Shown: in pieces, positions 13,076 to 28,910 of the stretch
How the letters are laid out: the number at the start of each line of letters is the position of its first letter
How positions within the stretch are numbered: position 1 is the first letter of the stretch
Source: Octopus sinensis
Taxonomy: Eukaryota
Direction: 5' to 3'
DNA: 64,000 nt
Assembly: GCF_006345805.1 (NCBI RefSeq)
Contig: NC_043015.1
Span: 44,516,001 to 44,580,000, forward strand
Notes under the pieces: generated by a model
The model's database searches: none
Told to the model about the DNA's origin: nothing
The model's input: the letters and a program-made list of their open reading frames with translations, nothing else
Made by a program: the position numbers and the translations under genes

Positions 13076-13351
13076 TTATATTATATATATATATATAATG
13101 GTTGTATACTGACATAATATTATAATATATATATATTATATATAATGGTTGTATATCGCTCCACCACCGTACACCTCTCTCGAGAGATTTAGAAACTCAA
13201 TATTTCTTATATTATATATATATATATATATATATGTCTCTCTCTGTCTCTCTCTCCTATATATATATATATTATATATGTATGTATGTTGTATATAGAT
13301 ATGTATGTATATATATGTATGTGATATATATATATATATATAATATATATA

Positions 13352-13383
<32 letters not shown>

Positions 13384-13470
13384 GTGCAGGAGTGGCGGTG
13401 GTGGTAAGTAACTTGCTGATCAACCACATGTTTCCAGATTCAGTCCCCGGCGTGACACTCCCATGTAACT
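13384..13470 (+). mobile_element. SINE family A head fragment, degenerate
   Basis: gtgcaggagtggcggtggtggtaagtaacttgctgatcaaccacatgtttccagattcagtccc. Confidence 0.75.
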
Positions 13471-15179
13471 GGCGGATAGGTGTGATTGATCGTAGAGCGT
13501 TGTCAATCATGACTTGGATCTCGCCAACAAATACTGGTGTTCAGAACGATCAGAGTGAGTTTTCCGAGCTGCCGTACCTTAGTAATCACCATTACCATCA
13601 TTGAACTCTTTACGAATATTCTGCACTGTCGTTAGATTGACATCCAAACGCTCTGATATATTCGTATTGGATCTTGGCGTACGAATGCCTAACATCACAG
13701 CACGTTGTTTCCAAATTTCTGGCAGAGTGAATCGAACCATGGTGCTGTTTTTCTAAGAGGTAGTGCCAATATATATAAAAAAATGTCAAAGTCTAGTATT
13801 CTGAAAAGGCAACGTTTTAGACTTACGACTCTTTTTCATAATAGCAACGCTATATATATGTTTATCATTTATACAGTCATCAAAATTGTTATAATGTCTT
13901 GTTGTTGAGATAGGTTCTCTGTCTTTCCCGATGAGAAGATTGCATTTTACACCGTTTATTCCTTTGGAATAAAACCAATGTGGTCTTCGAAACATATGTC
14001 GAAAGTAAAAGAATTTGAATAGCATCTGCGTTCAACTCCATTTATTTACTTATATATATATATATATATATATATATTCTTAGGAACTAGCGTCATATGA
14101 AACAGAAGAGAGAGAGGGAGAGAGAGATTGAGGGAGAGATTGAGAGTGAGAGTGAGTGATACAGACAGAAAGCCCGAGAGAGAGAGAGAAAAAGAGAGAG
14201 AGAGAATCCGCTGTTATCATGTCATTTATGTCAACTATTTTACGAAATACTTCCCTCTTATTTTATAAACGCAAAGAGATTCGAGTAAGACAAGTGCTGA
14301 AGTTTAACTAACAACGTTACTAGTTCTGCTTGTTCGTTGCTGGTGCGAAATATGTACCACTATATCCACTACGTTGAAGTTATCTCTATCTCTCAATTCA
14401 CATTGTAAGTCCTTGAAAAAATAATTCAACTTTACTTAATCATAGCAGACATTCCAATTTCCTTATAAATAAATTGTTTTTCCTCGTTTTCTGAATTTTT
14501 TTTGTTTTTATTTTCTCTAGTGTTTCTCTTTTAAATATACTTGCATTCGCCATATTAGGATTTTATTAGAAATTTTTAGAAGTAATTCACCTTCATATTT
14601 AATCTCATACCTTATATTGTATTTCGATGTTATTTTGAAGTATTTTTAGCTTTTCAAAGAAGATAAAATGAATTCGCTTCGTGCAAAGAAAAGAAAAAAA
14701 ATATTTTAAAACAATATGTTATCCGTTTAACAATATATAATTCGTAATTTAACTTTTATACTCAAGATATTAAAATATATTAAGTAACCAAATCAGAAAA
14801 AGAAATTTTTGTGCGAATTATAGATCACTTATGAATATAAAAATATAGAAAACATAAAACTATTGATACCATCTTTTAACCAGTTAAAATAATAACCATA
14901 TCGTATCTTAAAACAATATTGTTTTGAAATTCAATATTATCCATATTACAGTTTAACTAATTTAAAATTTCTTTACAAACTCTATATCAGTCAATGGTGC
15001 ACTATACAGAATTCTTTTTTTTTTATTTTGTAATTTTGAACTATAATATGCGCACTAATATCAGCTATTGGTGTAGTCTGTTTTACGGGATCAATTTTGT
15101 ACTGATATTTAATTTGAAGTTTGAAGCACAAACTCAACCCAAGAAAGATTTGAACGCTGAATGTATGCGTACTCAAATA

Positions 15180-15785
15180 CTGGTTTCAGATTTTGACACA
15201 AGGCCAGCAATTTCGGGGAAGTGGGTAAGACGATCATTTCGACACCAAGTGCACGACTGGTGGTTATTTTATCGACCCCGAAATATTCAAAGGTAAAGTT
15301 AACCACGACAGAATTTGAACTCAGAGCATACCTACTTCTGTATTACCCACAAGGGGCTAAACACAGAGAGGACAAACAAGGACAGACAAACGGCTAAAGT
15401 CGATTACATCGACCCCAGTCCGTAACTGGTACTTAATTTATAGACCCCGAAAGGATGAAAGGCAAAGTCGACCTCGGAAAAATTTGAACTCAGAACGTAA
15501 CGGCTGACGAAATACTGGCAAGTATTTTGTCCGGCATGCTGGCGACTCTGCCAGCTCGCCGCCTTCTATACGCTCGTATATTGGTTTCAAAGGTCAACAG
15601 GGCGGAGCAGCAGCTAATTTGATCAAATCGACCCCAGTGTCCAACTGGTACATTTTATAATTCACTCTGAAAGGATAAAAATGCAAAGTTGGCCTCGGCG
15701 AAATTTGAACACATAACGTGCAGACGGACGAAATGCCGCTAAACATTTCATCCGGCGTGCTAGCCATTTTGTCAGCCCGTTGCCT
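15180..15785 (-). mobile_element. Cluster of three tandem SINE family B copies (about 15180-15330, 15335-15565, 15575-15785)
   Basis: Three repeats of atcgacccc...gaaaggatgaaaggcaaagtcgacctcgg...atttgaactcagaac; the middle copy is full length with the ccccttgtgggtaat tail. Confidence 0.88.
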
Positions 15786-16915
15786 GCTATGCTTTTACAC
15801 ATTGTCACATATTTTGTCTCATATTTTCCTGCTTGAATCTGTGTAGATGAAATGTTAAGCAATATTTATGTAATACTGTAGAAACGTTCCGTATCCCTCG
15901 TATGTCTTTCGATAATTATTTACGTATATTTACGATTCGATCTCAAACCGACGAAGGACATCTTTGTCTTTGAGTATCCCACACTCGATTAAAATATGTG
16001 CCATAAAATAAAATCAATGACTGAAGTCGGTGAAATCGATTGTAATATTGCTACTTATTGAGAATGTGTACCTATTGTAAAAACCAATATTATGTAATAA
16101 GGTGAAAGGCTTGGGTATTTTGAGTGCAATCAAATCAATATATTCCATTATAGAAACAATTCAATATTGAATAGTGTACTCCGTCATCGAAACTGGCCTT
16201 CATACACAAATACAGAATTATAGGCCATCATATATACAAGTAAAAACAGATATACGGAACTGTGCTAGTATATATGCTATATCGAAGTGCTGTCATTGTA
16301 CACCATATACCATATGACACAATTTACTTACGGCTTTTAGGTGCAGATGTCGAAAATCATAGAAGTTGAATACGGGAAAAAATAGATCAATTCTTATTCA
16401 TATTCGGAATCCGTATCAAATAATGAGATTTTTCCAGCCTTCGCAAATATACGGAACATCCATCACTAGGAAATCTAAGAATACGTCCATCACTTCTAGA
16501 TTGGATTGATAGTGAGTTAGCTCGACTGTCCAATACGCTAAGATGTATAAACACCCGGTGATTTGAGAGAGTATTCACCATCGCACAAAAAACACCCTAC
16601 CGGAAAATACACGTGGCTTATATGTTGTGTACATGGGGCTGGTATTGTCTATTACGCTAGCGCTACTTTTAATTCGTATTTCAATTTATTCTTACATGTG
16701 CTTTGTCCGTGCATAGTGGCACATGATTTTCCACGTTATGCGCATATACGTCGTGAACTGGAGAAATGATTAATCTCCGAAATGGGAGTGAGGGTTAATT
16801 ATCTCACCTGTTCATGACTGAAAGGTATATATGACTCGGCGCTTTGAGAGAGTATCCTCCCCCACGCCACTAGCAGCTTACCAGCAAATACACGAGGTAC
16901 GTGTGGTTTATAATG

Positions 16916-16963
<48 letters not shown>

Positions 16964-16974
16964 ATTATATATAA

Positions 16975-17316
<342 letters not shown>

Positions 17317-18193
17317 AGTAAAGCTGCTACTGGTTTAAACACGCCTTTGGCACACTCGATCACTTGCGACAGCCGTTCATTGTATGCCGTTACGGAGAAA
17401 ATTTGTCGCTGTAGACAAATAAGTGTAAACACACCAGGTCAACACGCAGCTCCCTGTAACCAGACCAATGAACACATGGGTTTCGGAGTAGGTATATCCT
17501 TTCAGTATCAGTCAACGGAAAGAATAACGCTACGAGCTGATAAGAGGTGAATATCTCATATTATATTCAATTTATCATATTATGTGACTGGCTGCACAAA
17601 TTGGTTTCTCGCCGAAGATAATATGCAGAATAAAAAAGGTAAGCAATGTTATATATACATATGTGCATGTGTGTGCGTGGCATGTGTGTGTGCGTGAGTA
17701 TGTACGTGTGTGCATGTGTGTGTGTACGAAGATCACGCGCAGTGAAACTGAAACCCAATCCAGGTGGTTGTAAATCGATCTTCGTAAACACTGAGCCAGG
17801 TCTATATATGTGTGTCCGTGTGCGTCTTTGTTTGTTTGTGTTTGTGTGTATGTATGTGTGTTAGTCTTTGTGCGTGTGTGGCATATACACTCATACACAT
17901 ACATACAAATACAGACATTCATATATACCCAAATAGTCATCTATGTATACCTATAACTAGCAGGAATACTGAATATTCCATTTTGTTAAATGCCATTTAA
18001 TATGAGAGAATATCACTTGTGATTTGATTCTGAATAAACATTGTTGCTCCCTATTGGCCGGTAGACTTAGGTTCCAAATAATTAATAAAATTCTTATTAC
18101 TAGTTGTGCAAATATAAAGGCGCGCCCGTACAAGCTCATATATATTTGGTATATATTGCATTATTCGGTTTTGCTAGAGGTGCGTATTGTGTA

Positions 18194-18450
18194 GGCGCGT
18201 GGCTTAGTGGTTAGTGTCTCAGTATCATGATGGTAAGATTGTGGTTTCGATTCCTGGACCGGGCGATGCGTTGTGTTCTTGAGCAAAATACTTCATTTCG
18301 CGTTGCTCCAGTCCACTCACCGGGCAAAAATGAGTAACGCTGCGATGGACTGGCGTCACGTCCGGCTGGGGAGCACATACGCCATTGAAACCGGGAAACC
18401 GGGCCGATGAGCCTGGCTAGGCTTTAGAAGGGAGCTTTTAATTTTTTATT
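18194..18450 (+). mobile_element. tRNA-headed SINE, family D (V-domain-like tail), 14-bp TSD
   Basis: ggcgcgtggcttagtggttag...gtttcgattcc; ctgcgatggactggcgtcacgtcc; TSD tagaggtgcgtatt at 18175-18188 and 18451-18464. Confidence 0.85.
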
Positions 18451-18499
18451 TAGAGGTGCGTATTATATATCGCTATGGAAGAATTTTCAGTTCTGCTAC

Positions 18500-18710
18500 A
18501 TATTAGTTTCAAACTTTGATACAAGGACAGAAAGAATGGTTGATAGAGTAAGTCGAATACATGAACCCCATTCCTAGACTGGTGTATATTTTATCAACTT
18601 AGAAAAAATGAAAGGCAAAGTCGACCCCGGCGGCATTTGAACTCAAAACATAAGGACTGACAAAATGCCACCTAGCATTTTGTCCGACGTCCTAAAGATA
18701 CTGTGAGGTA
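18500..18710 (-). mobile_element. SINE family B, degenerate
   Basis: atgaaaggcaaagtcgaccccggcggcatttgaactc. Confidence 0.75.
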
Positions 18711-18989
18711 GCCGATTTATATCTCTACAAGATATATAAATAATATATAAATATAAGTATTCTTATGTATATACGTTTAATGTATATAGAATACATGTGT
18801 GATATATAAATGTATTTTATGTATATATATATATATCGATATATTATATATTATATATATATATCTATATATATAATATATATACAAAAAGCAATAAAGA
18901 TTCAAGAATTTAAATGCATTTACTGGATGGACCAACATGCACCAAAAAAAACTATACTGACAAAATACAGTAATGTGGGGTGATTATAA

Positions 18990-19200
18990 GCGGAAAGAAG
19001 CACAAGAATGGATAGGTTTTTAGTACAATCTTTCATACAAGGAAGGCTATAAAGTTGTAAATTACAGCCTATAAACGTGCCGTATCATCAGATGATGAGT
19101 ACGGGACACGTTTATATGCTGTAATTTTTACAACTTTTAATAAGCCTGTCCTGTATGAAACGATGTACTAAAAACGATATCCATTCGTGCTTCTTTCGCG
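18990..19200. repeat. About 105-nt-arm palindrome (family P3) made of two hammerhead-like halves
   Basis: Arms align end to end with one substitution and many 1-2 nt indels; centre tcatca-ga-tgatga. Confidence 0.85.
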
Positions 19201-19920
19201 TATATATATACATATATACAGACACAGATAAATGGACAGGTACTTGGTTATCCTTATCACCTTGCATATGCATATATATGTGTTTGTGTGTGTTTGTTTG
19301 TATACAACTACATACACACAATCAATGTTTATGAATATATATGTATATATTCATAACCTATGTACACACATACGTGTATGCGTGGATGCATGTGTGCGTG
19401 TTTGCATGCGCCTGTGCATAGCAATTCACGCTGTCCCTGGCGGCTTGTATTCGCACATCTTTCAGCGATTTCTCATTTCCATTACATAACTTCCACTACG
19501 CCATACATGTCATCTATTCATTTCATGCAGACGTGAAAATAAAGGCTGGTAAATACAACCAAAGCACTATCATTTGCTAATAACATGTATGGATGCAGAA
19601 ACGAGTGTCATATTTGCCTTCTGGCCATGAAACCCAAAATTGATCGGCATATTTTAAGGTCTTGTTAATGCAAAAACGAATGTTAATCCAATGAATTTAT
19701 AAACAATACTTATTACTAGTGAGTACTAATGTACGATAGGTGTTTGTTTATCTAATCAGAAAGCAAAACTAAGTTCGATGAATCAATAATGCTTCTTGTA
19801 CATTATTTAGAATAACTTGGCCATTGTGAATAATTTATGTGATTACTCATGTTTGCAGGTGCGTATGCATTAAGTTATGCATGTATACATGTGTACATGT
19901 AATATATAATATACGTATGC

Positions 19921-19972
<52 letters not shown>

Positions 19973-20028
19973 TTATGTACATTAATATATGTATATTATA
20001 CATATATACGTTTATACACACACATACA

Positions 20029-20066
<38 letters not shown>

Positions 20067-20111
20067 ATATATATATATAAACATATATATACATATAATC
20101 ATATATATATA

Positions 20112-20154
<43 letters not shown>

Positions 20155-21024
20155 AACGTACGTACACATACACACACATAAACGCATGCACGTGCGCGTT
20201 ACATACGTTTTGACATGCTTCTTTCCGAACTGAATGAGATGAATTATATTTATGAAGGCCAGCTTGGTTTAGTTTGTATAGTTAATATATTCCAAAAACG
20301 TGATGCATGGATGCTGCTTTAATATCACCAAATCGATGCTGCGTAAATGAGGAGATGTGGAATGCATAGACCATCCATATTGATTTCAATAAAAGGGGAT
20401 CTAAAAATTGTCCCTGTCCAGAATCTACACATTTATTCTCACTATATATCGTTTTCAATGTTTTCATGATGTTGGCCCCATATGGTTAGCGTAGGTTTGT
20501 CCATCATAAATATGGACATTTTCCATGTAGGCATGTGGATCTCATTAAATCCTCTCCAATGGCTCGTTACGCTAACCAAGCATAAAGAAGTGTACGTAGT
20601 CAGTAAAAAAAAGGGAGTTTCTAAGTTGCAGTTTTTCACGTGAAGGAAGACAACCAAAATTCCTTCAAGTGCATTGTTTCTTTTTCTAACTGATCTTTGA
20701 AATCAATTGAAGCTGTATCCATTAATTAGCCATTTCTATGTAAGCAGAACAAAAAGATAACACGCAGAAGGAAGATGTGCAAAACTTGAAATCTAGAAAT
20801 CATCTGCGGAGGTACATCTGCACCGACAGATACACATAAACCAGTTGTATCTGGTTCCATCTGCGACTGATCGATGGCTGGAGAGGTTAAAAAGTTTGTA
20901 GCGACCAGGAAAGTTTCCCCCCGACCATTTTTTATACAACATTTTACTTATTTTCTCACTCCTGTCTCTGCTTCCTTCTTCCTCCATCCTTCTCTAATTC
21001 TCTTTTTTCCCCTCTATCCTTCAC

Positions 21025-21058
<34 letters not shown>

Positions 21059-21551
21059 GCTCATACGTGACCATCGTCTATCCTTCTTTTCCTCACGTGA
21101 ACATCTTTCTTTTCCTGCTCGGACGTCTAAACGATTAAACATCTTTTCTCTCTCTCTCTTTTCAAAAATGTCTCTCCCAGCGTTCACAATTCTCCTTTCG
21201 TTCCGGTCTAACGACCCTCCACCTCTGTTTATGTTTGGTTTCCTTGTATGTTTCCAATGTTATTTTTTTAGCTCCAACTTTGTCTTTCCATAAATCCAAA
21301 ATTCCAGTTTAGATTTTGCGGGAGCTACTGTCTTTGAAAACTCATATTGTCGTTTTAATGGTCAAAATGAGGTGTAGGTACATAGCCCACAACGGATAAA
21401 GGGTCCTTTTTCTATGTTACCATATCCGTTTTCCATTTTTCCTCGTTTACGTATTTCACTCGTTTTTGTTCTGTAATTATTATCCGCCTCTTGTATCTAT
21501 CTCTTGTGTGTATGTTATGTGCACCATTGGTGACGTCCTGTACCCTTATAT

Positions 21552-21598
<47 letters not shown>

Positions 21599-22029
21599 AC
21601 ACGCATAAGCACGCGCAACACGCATAACTTTCGCCCACAATCGTACACTATACATTTGCGCACTATATGATTACACACACGTACACGCACGTGCGCACAC
21701 ACGCACACACGTACACGCACACGCACACACACACATCATGTTAGCCTCATATATATACACACGTCCATACCTATACTCACACACATATATACTCAAATAC
21801 CAAAAATGCACATCAACGCCACACAGCACATATACTAAGTTACTTGTACACATACACACGCTCCCATGCCAATGCTTTTGCACATACACACATGATAGCT
21901 GCACGCATACCTACACATGCCCATACACTCACACACATACATAGCAGTACATGTAACGCATATCACTCCGCATAATATATGTACTGGCTCACTAACACTC
22001 ATACACATTAGGGAGAGAAACACCACCTG

Positions 22030-22690
22030 TTCCATCTTGTTAAGGGCGCGAGTGGGGTGATTTTATGATGGACTCTTCAATAGCTAGATTTCTCCTACAG
22101 CTATTTGACATAAATCCACACGTCACAAATGTTCTAGTATTATACGAATCTGTGCAGTACGATGTCTTTAATCCGCGCACCTTGGTGACACCTCTGTGCC
22201 TGCATTATGCCTTGAATGGCAGTGTCTCTCGGTAGTAGTGCCAGGCTAAGGTTTCTGTGAACTCTCCGTAATAGTTCGTCTTCGTCGACACCGGCTGTAT
22301 CCCAGAAAGCCTCATCTTTCTTAACTATTATTAGACTCTAATTTATTCTTAAAGTGCAACTTCCAACAATCGCGTGCCCATTGCTCAATCTTGATAATTT
22401 CTTGAACCAGGATTATAGTTAAAATCCGAGCTTTGGAAATCAGTTCCTTTAAACGGGGACCTTACTTTTTCATTGTCTTGGAAAATGGGTAGGTGGATTA
22501 CCCTCAGCAAGAATCTGCGCTCCAGGATCCTCGTTATATAGAGCCCGCTATACAGAGGTTGTTGACTAAAAATGGGATATATAAGTAGTTAAATGCATCC
22601 CTTCCAAAAGTAGCAGATAATCGGACTTATCATTCTATCCAAACGGGAACTGCGGCATGTCAAAGGACGTGGCTGCAACCTATCTCGTGG
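22030..22690 (-). mobile_element. Old degenerate copy related to the Tx1-group LINE at 2546
   Basis: Minus strand cagaaaccttagcctggcactactaccgagagacactgcca (LAWHYYRETLP) aligns with cagagatccctggcctggcagtgctaccgagaagcgctacc (LAWQCYREALP); downstream tgtcaccaaggtgcg and gtactgcac also align; many stops. Confidence 0.65.
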
Positions 22691-22864
22691 CCAACGAATA
22701 GTATTAATTCCGTTACTTTCCGTTACTTTGCAGCCATTTCATTTTATTAACAGAAATGAAGAAAGTCAAGTTAACAAGAGGTCAGATTTTCAATGCCGGA
22801 ATAAATACTACAAAACAATTCTAGCCATCCACATGAATATATGAATGCATATATATATATATAT

Positions 22865-23078
22865 ATTCAAAATGTGACCGCGTGTGCACCGTTGGCGATT
22901 TTTTCCTCCGTCTTCCCTTCTCTGGATCTTTTCTTTTCCTATGTTTCTGACGAAGAGCTCCGCTCGAAACGTTAAACACTCCTTCTTTCCTTCTTTCCTG
23001 AGCGTCCAATAATACTATATTTGTTCAACGTCCTCGCGTTGTTGTGTTTTCTCTTCGTGTTTTCATGTTTGGATTAAC

Positions 23079-23079
<1 letters not shown>
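22865..23079 (+). mobile_element. Penelope-type terminal fragment (family P1)
   Basis: Reverse complement of 8371-8585; (TA)n at both ends. Confidence 0.7.
22942..22978 (+). ncRNA. Minimal type I hammerhead ribozyme motif, intact core
   Basis: UGUUU CUGACGA A GAGC-UCC-GCUC GAAA C GUU/ AAACA: 5-bp stem I, 4-bp stem II, palindromic ACGU stem III. Confidence 0.7.
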
Positions 23080-23121
<42 letters not shown>

Positions 23122-23741
23122 TTGCATGTGTGCATATATGTGAAGGGGTGTGTGTGTCTCTGTATGAACGCTATAAAACACTTTGCATATCACACTGCCA
23201 ATCATTCTTGAGTTTTGAAGTAGAAAAAAACATGTTATTACAATAATAGAACACATTTATTGACGTTAATAAAGCAAAATTTTGTGATTTATTAAAGAGT
23301 AACTCTGGCAGGTGTAATGCATACATTGACATGTGTGTGCGCTTGTGTGGGTTTATGCTGTTGATTGTGTATGTTTTTGTAATTATCTGTATATTTTATT
23401 AGTAGTCACGTATGTCGATACCATATCTACATAAATCTACATGGATATGGACAAAATCTTTACTTATAAACAGACGCATATACGTGAATGAGGATGTGTG
23501 CCTTTATACACACAGGCGCGCGCACGACACACACACACACATCCCAAAATGTATAATACATTTACAAAATGTATCAACACGGAATTGAAGCGTCAGTTTT
23601 TGGTATGAAACGGAAATATTACCAATCGAGGAATTAATCCATTTATACAAATCATACGTCGCATAATATAACGAAGTGCATTCGACCAACATATTGGAAT
23701 TATGTGACACCACTCTTTCTCCTTTCTCTCTCTCACTTACT

Positions 23742-26150
<2,409 letters not shown>

Positions 26151-26496
26151 AAAATATACATAGGTGCACATATGTATCTAGATTCGTAGATAGATATGTA
26201 CACATACATGTCTGTTTATATTCTTTTGTTGTTTTGACTTTTCGTAATGGGTAATGTAATTTGAAAAATAATCAGACAAATGTAATTGAATTATTTACTG
26301 ATAAAAAGAAACAAACAAAGAAAAATATAAAGCAAAAACAAATAAAGACCCCCCCCCCAAGGATAAGATACGTAGATAAATGTAATGCACACGTCCATAC
26401 AGTATATATGTGTGTATGTGTGTGTGTGTACATATTACATATATATGTGTATCTCTATATGCATATTTGTATATGTATATATATTATATATATATA

Positions 26497-26549
<53 letters not shown>

Positions 26550-27369
26550 TACACACATACTTACATATATGTGTACCCACACACACACGCAGACACATAC
26601 ACATACACATACATACTACCCGACATTGAACGTCTATTGCGCAGACAGGCGAGACAGGCAGACACAAAAATCGAGATCTGTACGTGACTTGAATTTAATA
26701 AATGGAGGAAGCACTTTACATTCGAATATTTGTAATTGAAATGTCGAACAAAAGAATATATTTTGCTATGATGTTAGTGTTCCTCCCAGCAGGTTTGAAG
26801 TAGTGTAATGACTATATATATTTTTTTTTAACTAAATAAATATAAAATATCTCGAAGACATTTTAGAATACAATATAAATCAGTGATGTTTGCTTCAGCA
26901 TTTTTTTTCCCCCTATTACAGAACAGATGTTATATTACAGCCTTTAGCAAGCGACAAGTAGAGATTCATAGATAATTATAATAGAATTATACACTAAAAT
27001 CTTATAAAAGAAAAAAAAAAAAACTATACACAAAGATTATCTTAATCACCAATTTCCGTCTATGTTATTATAAGAAGAATTTTCAAAAATATTTCAATTT
27101 AATTTTTAAAATCATTATTGATTTTTTTGACATTTTCACTTCATTATAATTCTATTTCTCAAAATTTTAAATTGATATGTATTTTTCTTATAAAAACTGA
27201 TATTAAGCATTAATTGTCTAATAATTAGTGTGAGTAGGAATATGGTATATGATTGAGTATGTCATACGTTTTTCTTTCATCTTTCAACGGATTCATTGCG
27301 TTTTTCTATTGACAGGGATGTGGTAAAAATCGGTTCTGACTGAGTCGTCCTAACTGGCAGAAGATCCGT

Positions 27370-27580
27370 TATTAATAATGTCGAATTTTGCCATAGCGCT
27401 AGCGATTGCCTGGGGAGAGGTAAGTTGATTAAACAGAATCCAGTCTTCAACTGGTATTTATTTTATCGACCCCGAAAGGATAAAATGCAAAGTCGACCTT
27501 AGTGGAATTTGAACACGGAACGTAAAGAGTGATGAAATGAAGTCAAGAATTTTGCCCAGCTTGCTAACGATTCTGCCTCC
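27370..27580 (-). mobile_element. SINE family B, degenerate
   Basis: ttttatcgaccccgaaaggataaaatgcaaagtcgacc...atttgaac. Confidence 0.8.
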
Positions 27581-27698
27581 ATGTTGCCTTAAATCCATTA
27601 TTAACAATGCTTTGCCCTTGATTCCGATGAAACTAGTAATTCTTTGCTGGCAAAGAGTATACACAGGGACCCTACAGAAGCAGATTATACTAGTTTGT

Positions 27699-27926
27699 GG
27701 CGAGCTGGCAGTAACGTTAGCACGCCGGGCGAAATGCGTAGCCGTATTTCGTCTGTCATTACGTTCCGAGTTCAAATTCCGCCGAGGTCGACTTTGCCTT
27801 TCATCCGTTCGGGGTCGATAAATTAAGTACCAGTTACGCACTGGGGTCGATGTAATCGACTTAATTCCTTTGTCTGTCCTTGTTGTCCCCTCTGTGTTTA
27901 ACCCCTTGTTGGGTAGTAAAGAAATA
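27699..27926 (+). mobile_element. SINE family B, full length, 15-bp TSD
   Basis: ggcgagctggcag...gagttcaaattcc...gggtagtaaagaaata; TSD tatactagtttgtgg at 27686-27700 and 27927-27941. Confidence 0.92.
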
Positions 27927-28748
27927 TATACTAGTTTGTGGTAGCGTGCCAACGTGTGGAGCAACATGTGGGGCAGAAACTTTCATCAAAGAAAGCTGAA
28001 ATATTTACTTACATTGCCGAATTAGTAGAGCCATTAGTTGTGGACCACAACCTTCATAATCTTCGTCAGCGAAGAAAAAATATACTGGAACTGCATATTT
28101 ATTATAGTAGGGCCGCATATTTGTGTGTGTTTGTCTGTACTCGCGTGTGTGTCTATATTTCGTTTTAATTGGGGAACTCCAAGGAGACAAATTCACAAAC
28201 AGCAGCAGTTAGAACATTGCGCTAAAGCAAACCTCGGATAAAAAAAAACATGCTGCAGCTGCCCTTAGGATTCGTACCCATATCTTCTTTGAAAACGATA
28301 TGGCCTTATTTACTCTGAATTTCATCATGAAAACCATTTATATCGAATTTTTTAAAAGACTAATTAATCTTATAACTTAATATATAAATACATACATCAC
28401 ACACAAACACACATATTGCATACATTGTAAAACAACACACACACACGCCACATAAACACACCATACACACGCACAGACATACCCACAGACAAACACACAC
28501 ACACACATATGGAATTGATACCGAGGCTGTCGAGGTTGAACGTAGAGACAAATGATCAGGATCATGCAAACAGGCAATTTTATAAAACGTATTACATCTT
28601 TTCACATACGATAATATTTATATGTTATCGTATGTGAAAAGATACGATATTATATATAGTATCTTCATTATACGAAAGTATAAATAGTATCTTCATTATT
28701 TTCCCAGACTTCTGTAAAAATCTAATTTTAGTGAAGGGCTATAATTAG

Positions 28749-28877
<129 letters not shown>

Positions 28878-28910
28878 GATATACAAATACATATATATAT
28901 ATGTATATAT

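Noticed and set aside
17506-17546. 41-nt AG..GT micro-exon candidate (YQSTERITLRADK)
   Set aside because: Splice-like motifs alone are common; no supporting evidence.
27458-27967. 169-aa minus-strand ORF and similar 60-110 aa ORFs over SINEs
   Set aside because: They lie on SINE copies and recur wherever the SINE recurs; no protein motif.
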